Shown: piece after piece, positions 31,593 to 40,461 of the stretch
Position numbering within the stretch: position 1 is the first letter of the stretch
How the letters are laid out: every line of letters starts with the position of its first letter
Notes under the pieces: generated by a model
Seen by the model: the letters and a program-made list of their open reading frames with translations, nothing else
Told to the model about the DNA's origin: nothing
Database searches by the model: none
Position numbers and translations under genes: made by a program
Source of the DNA: a virus
Length of the DNA stretch: 64,000 nucleotides
Virus record (IMG/VR): IMGVR_UViG_3300038299_000097
Location: 1 to 64,000 of that record
Strand: one strand, 5' to 3'

Positions 31593-33644
31593 CTACCTGT
31601 AGATGTGCTGGAATGATCTCTTCTTAACCTCAGCACTTCGTTTGGATAGGCTATCAGTAAACACATTATTTGTCGTACCACCATCAGATCGCTTCATAAC
31701 CGCTTGTGCGACCTTGGCAGACCCTGCTTGGTTTGATGCCACCATAGCTTGAGCCACACCAGCATTAGACTCAAGTTGTTCTTTGTGGCGTTGTTCTGCC
31801 CTCTCGTCATTTTTTGAATCCTCAGCATTCTTATTAGCTATAAGAGCCGCTTTATCTGCATTGGACTGTTTAGTAATACTGTCATTGAGTGCTTTCTCTA
31901 GTTTGTTAAATTTTGCGATATCTGATGAATCTGTGGGTTTGGCGTTTATTAGATCATTTAGAGCTTGTCTCTCGGCTCGTATTTTCAACCTTTTAGTGGT
32001 GTCTAAAAATGTTTGTTTTTCCTTTGCATATAATATCTTCTCTTCAGCCTTCCATATTACTAAATTTATATCGCGCATAAACCCAGTTAATGAATTCATT
32101 AGCTTCATAATACCTATATCAAATCTTAATTTCATTCTATATAAAGGACCCGAACTCATCAAGTTATCCAAAACCTTGGCTGCACTATTCCATATAGTGT
32201 CAAGTATATCACCAAGTTTTTCCCATAACCACGCAAGCCCAGTTCCTAACCCACTAAACACCGCTTTACCAGCATTTATAAATTTGGAAGGGTCTTTAAC
32301 TATCTCTATAACGTCTAACATAGGTATGAGTGGTGGTATTAACCACAACAAATCCTTTGCCAACTTAAGATGTGCCAACCCTTGATCTATGTCACCGCCA
32401 GTGAATATCATACTAAGCCCTGTGAATAGATTTGAGAATGCTTGTATCACTGGTAGATCCATAAACCAGTTTCTTAAACCCATCATCCACGAACCACCAC
32501 TTGACTTCTTCTCACTCTTAGACATTGTGAAATCTCTGAACATTAATATCACATCTGGTATTAAGGCTAGTGCTGGTATAGGTATAAGTCCTAGAAGTGC
32601 TGAAGTTAATTCTAATAAACCACCAACCATATCACCGTCCTTAAATCTACTCACCGCAAATGCTAGTGAAATTATAGAACCTAGGAATGGTATAGACTTG
32701 AATACTAACTTAGCACCCTTACCCATTGTTTTACCAATATTCAAAAGAGGTTTGAATAACTTACCAAAAGAGGTATTAAGTATACTACCAACCTTTTTAG
32801 TTAAGCCCTTACCCATATTAAATGAAAATAGTTTACCCATAGGTGCCATCACATTTTTAATAATGGTACCAAACTTCTTGAATATGAGGTTACCAATGGA
32901 AATCAATACATTACCAACAAGTTTGAACAGTCCTTTAGTTGGTCCACCATCTATTAAACCCTTCATAGCAAGTGACACACCACCAACAAGTAGACCAGCA
33001 GCTAGACCCGCCATGGTTAGACCTTTGATAGCCATACCTATCTTACTAAGCAATGAACCATTACTATCCTTCCTCCCATCAGATCCTTTATCGGGTTGTT
33101 CTATAACTACCGCAGTGGACTCACGAGCACTCCCAAGTTGTTTTAATACGGTATCACTTAAGGATATGACATTGACATCCATGATCTTATCAACAACACC
33201 TTCTTCTGTTAGGTCCTTTTTACCCTGTATCGATGCTAAAATCTTGGCAACACCTTCAGATGGTGGGAGTACTTTGGTTGAGGGGGTTTTAATACCAGAC
33301 CCTGCTAAAATCTTGGCAACCCCTTCAGAAGGTTTGGGTGAAAGTTTAGGAGGTTTATTACCAGTTGGTGTATTTACAATATCACCAATACCCATATTCT
33401 TAGTCATGGATTCATACCCAGATAGGAATGCCTCCAAAACCTTTTCATATCTATCCTTAAATTTCTTAGATTTGTTCTCGTCTAAGTTGAATAGGCTGGA
33501 TACACTCAACGTCTCTTTACTCGACTCAACACTTTTGAGTTTTTTAAAGAGTGGCTGTAGAGAAGACTCTAGTTGGTTCGAAAAGTAATTCCTACCCTTT
33601 GATTCATCAACTATGTCTGCTACTTCTTGTAATGTAATGTCCAC
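31593..33644 (-). CDS. tape measure / gp29-like protein
   Basis: Long amphipathic helices; K.IPF.G.IISLAFA..RF..GD..GG.LE motif; C-terminal TTNNV. Confidence 0.7.
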   Translation of the reverse strand: MDITLQEVADIVDESKGRNYFSNQLESSLQPLFKKLKSVESSKETLSVSSLFNLDENKSKKFKDRYEKVLEAFLSGYESMTKNMGIGDIVNTPTGNKPPKLSPKPSEGVAKILAGSGIKTPSTKVLPPSEGVAKILASIQGKKDLTEEGVVDKIMDVNVISLSDTVLKQLGSARESTAVVIEQPDKGSDGRKDSNGSLLSKIGMAIKGLTMAGLAAGLLVGGVSLAMKGLIDGGPTKGLFKLVGNVLISIGNLIFKKFGTIIKNVMAPMGKLFSFNMGKGLTKKVGSILNTSFGKLFKPLLNIGKTMGKGAKLVFKSIPFLGSIISLAFAVSRFKDGDMVGGLLELTSALLGLIPIPALALIPDVILMFRDFTMSKSEKKSSGGSWMMGLRNWFMDLPVIQAFSNLFTGLSMIFTGGDIDQGLAHLKLAKDLLWLIPPLIPMLDVIEIVKDPSKFINAGKAVFSGLGTGLAWLWEKLGDILDTIWNSAAKVLDNLMSSGPLYRMKLRFDIGIMKLMNSLTGFMRDINLVIWKAEEKILYAKEKQTFLDTTKRLKIRAERQALNDLINAKPTDSSDIAKFNKLEKALNDSITKQSNADKAALIANKNAEDSKNDERAEQRHKEQLESNAGVAQAMVASNQAGSAKVAQAVMKRSDGGTTNNVFTDSLSKRSAEVKKRSFQHIYR

Positions 33645-33697
33645 GTTATAATTATAGAATCGGTGGTGTTATACCAAACTTTATATATTATATACGT

Positions 33698-34672
33698 TTA
33701 GTTATTCATACGTAGTGGTGCGTTACGTACATTATCTTCTCTATTTGTATCAACTCGCATACCTTGTTGGTTTGTGTAATCACCACTCCTAACCCCTAGT
33801 TTTTTTCTTAGGTTATCAGTTCTTTGAGTGTATTCTTCGGGGGTCATTCTACCCAACTCTAAACCTTTGGTCAGGGTATCAATTTTTCGCTGAAACTCGG
33901 ACTTCGGTCTAGTAGTAGGTTCTTCAGTAGCAGTAGGTTCTTCAGTAGTAGCAGTAGGCTCTTCAGTAGCAGTAGGCTCTTCAGTAGCAGTAGGTTCCTC
34001 AGTAGTAGCAGTAGGTTCTTCAGTAGCAGTAGGTTCCTCAGTAGTAGCAGTAGGTTCTTCAGTAGCAGTAGGTTCTTCAGTAGCAGTAGGTTCTTCAGTA
34101 GCAGTAGGTTCTTCAGTAGCAGTAGGTTCTTCAGTAGCAGTAGGTTCTTCAGTAGCAGTAGGTTCTTCAGTAGCAAACTGTTTAGCTAGTTCTGGGTTAT
34201 TTTTAAAGGCAACCTGTTTATATGCATCATAATAATTGGTGTATATACTCCTCATACTGTCCAAAATCTCTTTACGGATGTCATCATTCCCCGCCATCTC
34301 CTTAGATATAATAGAGTCTAGGGGGTGTTTTCCAGACAGTATAGAAGCATCACTTAGAAATTTGTCAATCTGTTTACCAACAGAAGAACTAGGGTCTAGG
34401 TGTTGCTGCAATGCTGCAACAGTTGGTGTTATTTCTTGAGCTTCTTTATCGGCAATACTTTTTAGAGTGGATTGAGCACCTTTATCGTTACCAGCAATAA
34501 CTTGACCACCTGCCTTAATAGCTTGACCTATTTTACTAAGGCGACCTTGTTTGGTTTTCGAAGCAGCTCTCCTAGCTTTGATTCTGGACAATATCCCCTC
34601 TTCAAGTGGTGAGCCGCCAAGAACATCAATACATTGTGTCCACATACTATTAAAGGAATCCGAATTTGACAT
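33698..34672 (-). CDS. late protein with a TEEPTA repeat linker, probable internal head protein
   Basis: Start moved to ATG 34672 (TAATTA-N5-ATG); LEEG site ~25 aa in, followed by a basic segment. Confidence 0.65.
   Translation of the reverse strand: MSNSDSFNSMWTQCIDVLGGSPLEEGILSRIKARRAASKTKQGRLSKIGQAIKAGGQVIAGNDKGAQSTLKSIADKEAQEITPTVAALQQHLDPSSSVGKQIDKFLSDASILSGKHPLDSIISKEMAGNDDIRKEILDSMRSIYTNYYDAYKQVAFKNNPELAKQFATEEPTATEEPTATEEPTATEEPTATEEPTATEEPTATEEPTATTEEPTATEEPTATTEEPTATEEPTATEEPTATTEEPTATEEPTTRPKSEFQRKIDTLTKGLELGRMTPEEYTQRTDNLRKKLGVRSGDYTNQQGMRVDTNREDNVRNAPLRMNN
33914..34174 (-). repeat. coding minisatellite: 14 units of 18/21 bp (ATEEPT/ATTEEPT)
   Basis: AGTAGCAGTAGGTTCTTC tandem units on the + strand. 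Confidence 0.95.
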
Positions 34673-34715
34673 ACTATTAATTATGTGGTGAGAGGTTTGA
34701 TTAATAATTAAAAGT

Positions 34716-35681
34716 ATGGCAGAAGAATTCACAGCGAACCGAAAACGAGCATTCCCAGAGTTGGTTGAGAGAACACCAAGCTTTATTAGTAACAACATTA
34801 ATCAACCACTTGATGATTTTGTTGGAATTTTCCGTAATAGGTATAATGATTCGTATGCATCGGGGTTGTTCGAACTAGCACTACCCGAACAGGTTGGACC
34901 TGTACTAGGACTCGGTGCCCCCGACATGAAGAACAGGTCTCTACAGTTCTACACTAACACCTTGAAGGATTTTTCGTTTGCATTACCACACTCCGCTAAG
35001 TGGGCGGTGTTTGTAGAGCCACATAACCATTCACACTTAATGGATCAGATAGGTAATATGTCCAAATATGAGCCATGGGGAACTAAAGATGATTGGAATT
35101 TTGGTGTTAAGTCTGAAAGGCTTTTAGGTTCTGACGCACAGGAAACCATTGGTTGTATATTCGCACTAGGTGTCACACAGGCGGGTCATAGCTTAGGTGT
35201 AAGTAACATGGGTGGTGCTGGTGGTGTCAATAACGGTTTCATCAAGACACCTATATCTCAGGGACGGGCTGATAACCAAACACTAGAACTCATTGTTAAA
35301 GAAACCAACAGCTCATATACTGATTTTGTATTAAGACCGTGGAGTATACTTACTTCACACCTAGGGTTCCATGCAAGACCAACCAGCCAAAGTATCAAAT
35401 GTGATATAACAATATTCGAAATGAATGACACACTTAATAATAACCAACCAGTTGTTAGAAAGGTGTTCAAATATTACGATTGTCTACCAATAGATATTAA
35501 TACAGAGAATTTGAATTACGAAGCAGACAAAGTTATACAGAGGCAAATTCAATTTACATACAACTACTACACAGTTCAAGGGGGTGAGCCTAATCCCGTT
35601 ATGGATGACACACCCGAAGATTCTGTAAGTGTAGAACCAAATTTCACACCAGTTGAACTACCTGTCATACCTCAAAAGTAA
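34716..35681 (+). CDS. tail-tube-fold baseplate protein (gp54/gp19-like)
   Basis: ETN.S..DF..RPW, RK.F.YY.C.P..I...L.Y, and FTYNYY. Confidence 0.6.
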   Translation: MAEEFTANRKRAFPELVERTPSFISNNINQPLDDFVGIFRNRYNDSYASGLFELALPEQVGPVLGLGAPDMKNRSLQFYTNTLKDFSFALPHSAKWAVFVEPHNHSHLMDQIGNMSKYEPWGTKDDWNFGVKSERLLGSDAQETIGCIFALGVTQAGHSLGVSNMGGAGGVNNGFIKTPISQGRADNQTLELIVKETNSSYTDFVLRPWSILTSHLGFHARPTSQSIKCDITIFEMNDTLNNNQPVVRKVFKYYDCLPIDINTENLNYEADKVIQRQIQFTYNYYTVQGGEPNPVMDDTPEDSVSVEPNFTPVELPVIPQK

Positions 35682-35715
35682 TTGACCTACTCACAATTTT
35701 CATTAATTAAATACC

Positions 35716-36351
35716 ATGGCACTAACATCATCACCAATAGGTACTGCATACACCAAATTCCAAGTAGTTACATTCACAACCGATCTAATGGGTAAGAAGA
35801 AAATAAACTTCGGGGATGGCAACTTTGAAATTTTCGAAGGGTCTACAGTTGAACATATTTATAATAACAATGATACATACACGGCTTGTGTTAAATTATG
35901 CAGTGATAGTGAATTTAACGATATTGATAATTGTGTGGTTATTACAACATCACATTTCGTGGGCGAGGTGTTAAACGTTACAGAGGCTCTTTCAGCATAT
36001 GCATCAGAAGAAAGTGGTTTATTTGAAGTTAGCCTTTCGTCAAGTTGCCCACCACCAATTGAGGTTGGATTATTTGTTGATAACACCATAAGCGAATATA
36101 GTGCATCACAGACTAACTGTAGACCTAGGCACTATTTCTTCATGAGTGGTGAACCACTGGATTCAACCGTGGTTACACTAGAGAATCCGTCAGTTATTAA
36201 AGTTGATGATACTATTGTTGGGTACCATGACAAATTCTGTTTTGGTTACTATGATGACTACAGTGGTGATTTTGATATAACGGTAAAATTACTAGGAGAA
36301 TGTGGTTTGTGTAATAGCGATGCCGTATCAGTATTCAGTGGTGTCGAGTAG
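35716..36351 (+). CDS. PKD/Ig-like domain structural protein
   Basis: NFGDG...H.Y....Y motif; TAATTA upstream. Confidence 0.55.
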   Translation: MALTSSPIGTAYTKFQVVTFTTDLMGKKKINFGDGNFEIFEGSTVEHIYNNNDTYTACVKLCSDSEFNDIDNCVVITTSHFVGEVLNVTEALSAYASEESGLFEVSLSSSCPPPIEVGLFVDNTISEYSASQTNCRPRHYFFMSGEPLDSTVVTLENPSVIKVDDTIVGYHDKFCFGYYDDYSGDFDITVKLLGECGLCNSDAVSVFSGVE

Positions 36352-36375
36352 AAATAAATACTAGCCGACCCGACC

Positions 36376-36408
36376 CCCTTAAAAATAATATTTTAAGGGT
36401 TTATTTTT
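36376..36408 (+). terminator. probable intrinsic terminator
   Basis: CCCTTAAAA-N6-TTTTAAGGG followed by TTTATTTTT. Confidence 0.55.
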
Positions 36409-36420
36409 CCTATTTCAGTA

Positions 36421-36449
36421 TTGACAGGGGTGTAATTATTATGTACAAT
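36421..36449 (+). promoter_or_regulatory. sigma70-type promoter for nrdAB
   Basis: TTGACA-N17-TACAAT. Confidence 0.7.
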
Positions 36450-36461
36450 ACTATGACTGAT

Positions 36462-38702
36462 ATGGAAAAAGAGATACGAATTGTGAAGAGGGACGGAGTT
36501 GAAGAGAACTTCAAAATAGACAAAATTACAAAAATACTGGAGTGGGCATGTGAAGGGATCGAGGATGTGGTACCAGACCATATATTATACAACGCTAAGT
36601 TAAATGTTTTTGACGGCATTAAATCTAGTGAGATACACCAAATCATTGTGGAGTCTGCTGCAAGCCTTATTGATAAAGAGGTTAATTACACCAAGGTTGC
36701 GGCAAGCCTTATGAATTATAAACTTCGTAAAGAGGTTTGGGGTGGTAAGAACCCACCAAAGCTTTATGATCTCCTCAAGAAGGGTATTAAGAAAGGCTTC
36801 TACGACCCAGAGCTTATCAAAATTTACACCAAGGCTCAGATCAATAAGCTTGATGAGTATATCAAGCATGATAGGGACAGTCGTTTTGAGTATGGTGGTC
36901 TAGTACAACTTACGGAGAAGTATTTAGTACAGAACCGTAACACCAAGGAGATCGTGGAAACGCCCCAATTTGCGTACATGATGGCATCGATGGCACTTTG
37001 TATCAAAGAAGCACCACGACAGCGTGTGAAGTGGGTGAAGGAGTTCTATGATGACTTCTCTAATCATAAGATCAACGTGTCCACACCAATTATGTCGGGT
37101 GCAAGAACAAGAGTCCGTAGCTATTCATCATGTTGTATTATTGACGTAGCTGATACTAAGCATTCCATCACATCATCTGTCACATCATCTGTGTTGGTTA
37201 CTGCTGATAAGTATGGTATTGGACTCAACTATTCTAAGATCCGTTCTATCAATGAACCAATCCGTGGCGGGGAAGCTTCACACGGTGGTGTAATCCCTTG
37301 GTTGAAACTCAGTCAAGCAGCGATTCAAGCATCACAGCAAGGACCTAGACGTGGTGCGGGTACGTGTACGTTCTTCGCAATGCATCCAGAGATCGAAACT
37401 ATCCTACAATTAAAGGATACACTTCTTCCAGAGGACAGAAAGGTCGAGCACTTGGATTACTCCATTGCTATGACAAACCTATTCTACCACAGACTACTAG
37501 AAGGTGGTGACATTACGTTGTGTTCATATAACCAAGCACCAGATGTTTACAAGGCATATGGTACACCATTTTTCAACGATATCTATGAAAAGTGGGAGCT
37601 GGAGAATCCAGATGCACCCAAGATTACTACCGAAAGGTTCTTCTCATTACTCGCTAAACAACGTAGTGAGACTGCTAGAATTTACATCTACAACATTGAC
37701 GAGAACTTCACCAACTCTGCTTGGTTGCCTCGTGTTGAGGCATATAATTTATGTCAAGAAGTGGGTGGACCTACTAAACCCGAACGGTTCACAGAAGACC
37801 CAGAAGCTGAAACGGTTGTGTGTGTCCTCAGTGCCCCCAATGCATGTAATATAAAGGATGATGCGGATCACAAGAGAGTACTTTACAACATTGTTCGTAT
37901 CCTTGATAACGTCATCGATGTACAGGAGTACACGGTGGATGCTTGTAAGAGGTATGCAGAGAACAAACGCTCACTTGGTGTTGGTATTAGTAACCTAACA
38001 GGTTGGCTCGCACTCCAAGGTCTTAACCACTCATCTATTGAGACACCACAGGTGGTTTCAGACTTCTTCGAGAAACAACAATACTACCTTATTGAAGCAT
38101 CTATTGAACTAGCTAAAGAGCGTGGTAAGTGTAAGGATTTCAACCAGTCTAAATACTCTAAAGGTATTATGCCAGTGGATCGTTACAATAAGAATGTTCA
38201 TGAGTTCCTTGATGAAGAACACAAGCTCGACTGGGACAGGATCAGAGCAGCAGTATTGAAGTATGGTATGAGACATTGTACTCTATCATCATTCATGCCA
38301 TGTGAAGCTAGTTCGGTTGTACAGTCATCTACTAACGGGTTTGAACCAATTCGTGACCTAGTGGTGTACAAAGAATCCAAGACAGCAATGACTATTGTAG
38401 TAGCACCAAATGTGAAGACACATGGTCAACACTATGTTAGAGCTTATGACGCACCTAACAACGATGGTTACATCAAAGTAGTAGCAGTACTGACTAAGTG
38501 GTCTGACATGGGTGTTAGTGGTAATCTATACTACAACCCTGCATACTTCGAAGGTGGTATCATCCCACAAGATTACATCATCCAAGATATCCTCACAGCA
38601 ACCCGATACGGTTGGAGAACTTTCTACTACCATAACACCGATGATGGTGATAAGGAAGTAAGCGAAGATAGTGCTTGCGCCTCTGGTGCTTGCTCACTAT
38701 AA
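36462..38702 (+). CDS. nrdA: class Ia ribonucleotide reductase alpha subunit with ATP cone (exact start uncertain)
   Basis: IVKRDG ATP cone, ETPQ, STPIM, SCC, NLCQE, TFYY and C-terminal CASGAC. Confidence 0.95.
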   Translation: MEKEIRIVKRDGVEENFKIDKITKILEWACEGIEDVVPDHILYNAKLNVFDGIKSSEIHQIIVESAASLIDKEVNYTKVAASLMNYKLRKEVWGGKNPPKLYDLLKKGIKKGFYDPELIKIYTKAQINKLDEYIKHDRDSRFEYGGLVQLTEKYLVQNRNTKEIVETPQFAYMMASMALCIKEAPRQRVKWVKEFYDDFSNHKINVSTPIMSGARTRVRSYSSCCIIDVADTKHSITSSVTSSVLVTADKYGIGLNYSKIRSINEPIRGGEASHGGVIPWLKLSQAAIQASQQGPRRGAGTCTFFAMHPEIETILQLKDTLLPEDRKVEHLDYSIAMTNLFYHRLLEGGDITLCSYNQAPDVYKAYGTPFFNDIYEKWELENPDAPKITTERFFSLLAKQRSETARIYIYNIDENFTNSAWLPRVEAYNLCQEVGGPTKPERFTEDPEAETVVCVLSAPNACNIKDDADHKRVLYNIVRILDNVIDVQEYTVDACKRYAENKRSLGVGISNLTGWLALQGLNHSSIETPQVVSDFFEKQQYYLIEASIELAKERGKCKDFNQSKYSKGIMPVDRYNKNVHEFLDEEHKLDWDRIRAAVLKYGMRHCTLSSFMPCEASSVVQSSTNGFEPIRDLVVYKESKTAMTIVVAPNVKTHGQHYVRAYDAPNNDGYIKVVAVLTKWSDMGVSGNLYYNPAYFEGGIIPQDYIIQDILTATRYGWRTFYYHNTDDGDKEVSEDSACASGACSL

Positions 38703-38825
38703 TGAATGTATACCTTATGTGCCTCTCTTAACATGGACTGAAGCAAAATTCATGAGGTGGTCGATGACCCAAGAATCCTATGTTCAAGGGTCATCACTTT
38801 TACAAATAAACAAATAAACAAATAA

Positions 38826-39899
38826 ATGAGTAACACAGTTTTAAATCTAGAGAAGCGTGATGCATTGGCTGAACCAATGTTTTTCGGCACACCCCTTGGA
38901 ATCCAACGTTTCGACGTGGTTAAATATCCAGAGTTTGCAAAGTCCGTAGAGACACAATTTTCCAACATGTGGAACCCAAAGGAGATAGGTATGGCATCAG
39001 ACCTAGCTTGTTATGAATCACTCTCAGATACCGAGAGATTCATCTTCGAGACAAATCTTCGATTCCAGACAGCGGGTGATTCACTACTTTCCAGAAGTAT
39101 TGAAGCAATCAAACAACATGTCACAAACTCAGAACTTGAGTACGCAATGAACTGGTGGGGTCTTATGGAGAATATTCACTCCGAGAGTTACACCCACGTA
39201 CTACAAGGGATCACTAAAGATCCTACACCATTCTTCGATTCTATTCTAGAAGACACAGAACTGGTTGAACGTATGCAGACCATCATCAAACCCTTCAATG
39301 ACCTTCTTGAAGATAAGGAAGGTGACTGTAAGCGCACGAAATTATTCAAAGCGGTGTTGGCACTACAAATTGCTGAAGGTGTTCTATTCTACACATCATT
39401 TGCATGTAGTTTCTTCTTCGCTAAGAACGGTAAGATGACCCAGAACGGTAAGATCATTTCTATGATTAAGCGTGATGAGTCAGAGCACCAATCAATCACA
39501 CAGAACATACTCAAGAGAATGCGCGAAGATCCGTCCGAGGGGTTCCAAGATATCGTAAAGGCTCATGAACAATTCGTTTATGATTCATACGAGGTTGCAC
39601 TTGATGGTGAAAAGAAGTGGGGTGATTACTTATTCTCTAAGGGTGAGATGGTCGGACTTACTAAAGCATCTCTCCATGGCTATGCTGAGTGGAATGTTCG
39701 TGGTCGTTTGAGATCCAATGGTTATGATCCATCAAAGTTTGCTTACCCACTAGCAGAACAGAATCCTATTTCATGGTTGGTTAAATTCCTTGACTCAAGT
39801 CGTGTACAGGCGGCACCTCAAGAGATCGAGAAGACTGATTATAAGAAGATGGGAACTGTAAACAATCTTGGTAGTTCGCTTAAGACATTAAAATTCTAA
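38826..39899 (+). CDS. nrdB: class Ia ribonucleotide reductase beta subunit
   Basis: W.P.EI, DS, ENIHSESY, EG..FY.SFA, RDE..H and APQE.E..Y. Confidence 0.95.
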   Translation: MSNTVLNLEKRDALAEPMFFGTPLGIQRFDVVKYPEFAKSVETQFSNMWNPKEIGMASDLACYESLSDTERFIFETNLRFQTAGDSLLSRSIEAIKQHVTNSELEYAMNWWGLMENIHSESYTHVLQGITKDPTPFFDSILEDTELVERMQTIIKPFNDLLEDKEGDCKRTKLFKAVLALQIAEGVLFYTSFACSFFFAKNGKMTQNGKIISMIKRDESEHQSITQNILKRMREDPSEGFQDIVKAHEQFVYDSYEVALDGEKKWGDYLFSKGEMVGLTKASLHGYAEWNVRGRLRSNGYDPSKFAYPLAEQNPISWLVKFLDSSRVQAAPQEIEKTDYKKMGTVNNLGSSLKTLKF

Positions 39900-39917
39900 G
39901 TTTATTACCAACTTAGC

Positions 39918-39946
39918 TTGACACTGATTTAAAACTGTGCTAATCT
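39918..39946 (+). promoter_or_regulatory. promoter P1 of the ncRNA array
   Basis: TTGACA-N17-TAATCT with extended -10 TG; RNA unit 1 begins 7 nt downstream at G39953. Confidence 0.8.
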
Positions 39947-39952
39947 AAGTAT

Positions 39953-40040
39953 GTCACCAGCTACAGGAAGGATATATATAATTCAGTCGGGATCACCCTT
40001 CGGGGCATCCCCGATCCAACAACCTTCCTAATACGGTGAC
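39953..40040 (+). ncRNA. array RNA unit 1 (shared stem/internal loop plus UUCG hairpin domain)
   Basis: GTCACC/GGTGAC stem, AGCTAC/AATAC internal loop, AGGAAGG/CCTTCCT stem, apical GTCGGGATCACCCTTCGGGGCATCCCCGAT. Confidence 0.85.
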
Positions 40041-40195
40041 TATAAATAAAACGCCCAGCCACGGCTGGGTTATATTATAAAACTGAAGTCGAAAGACATT
40101 GGGGGTTCGAGTCCCTCACTTCCCACTCGACGGGAAGTTGGCGAAATTGGTAGACGCATCAGATCAACTCATCCAATTCGGGCGTTTTATTTATA
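40041..40195 (+). ncRNA. array RNA unit 2: YrlA-like RNA with a circularly permuted tRNA-Leu-like domain
   Basis: 16-bp perfect outer stem; AGCCAC/AATTC loop; variable arm GTCGAAAGAC; T arm GGGGGTTCGAGTCCCTC; ACTTCCC-A-loop-GGGAAGT; D arm GCGAAATTGGTAGACGC. Confidence 0.9.
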
Positions 40196-40200
40196 TTCAG

Positions 40201-40287
40201 ATCAAATGAAAACAGTTCCTCAGCTAAGTGTATGTTATTTATATTCAAAACACACATACCCAATTCGGGGAGTTGTTTTCATTTGAT
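40201..40287 (+). ncRNA. array RNA unit 3 (shared module plus AU/AC-rich loop)
   Basis: 21-bp outer stem with 3 G-U pairs; AGCTAA/AATTC loop; GTATGT/ACATAC stem. Confidence 0.85.
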
Positions 40288-40289
40288 TT

Positions 40290-40337
40290 AAGAGAACGTC
40301 TATCTCTGGGACGGTACTCCGTTACCAGTAGCGTCTT
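40290..40337 (+). ncRNA. additional bulged hairpin within the array, lacking the shared motif
   Basis: AAGA..ACG.CTA..CTGG-GACGG-TACT-CCGTT-A-CCAG-TAGCGTCTT. Confidence 0.45.
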
Positions 40338-40364
40338 GTTATAAAGATAATGTCAAAACAGTTG

Positions 40365-40392
40365 TTGACAATATGATCAAACCTGTTAAAGT
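40365..40392 (+). promoter_or_regulatory. promoter P2 of the ncRNA array / TerD-fusion operon
   Basis: TTGACA-N16-TAAAGT with extended -10 TG; unit 4 begins 7 nt downstream at G40399, the same geometry as P1. Confidence 0.75.
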
Positions 40393-40398
40393 AATTGT

Positions 40399-40461
40399 GT
40401 CACCAGCTAAGAGAGTGTTATTTAAATGAAATCAAAACACACACACTCTCAATACGGTGGC
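40399..40461 (+). ncRNA. array RNA unit 4 (shared module plus AU/AC-rich loop)
   Basis: GTCACC/GGTGGC stem, AGCTAA/AATAC loop, GAGAGTGT/ACACTCTC stem. Confidence 0.85.

Noticed and set aside
32389-33588. 399-aa plus-strand ORF (and 31783-32385)
   Set aside because: Antisense shadows of the tape-measure-like gene with no independent protein features.
33871-34176. Leu-rich LLLLKN ORF
   Set aside because: Alternate frame of the TEEPTA minisatellite.
36462-39899. Introns or inteins in nrdA/nrdB (also checked by length for polymerase, helicase and UvsX)
   Set aside because: ORFs are continuous, of normal size and without intein signatures.
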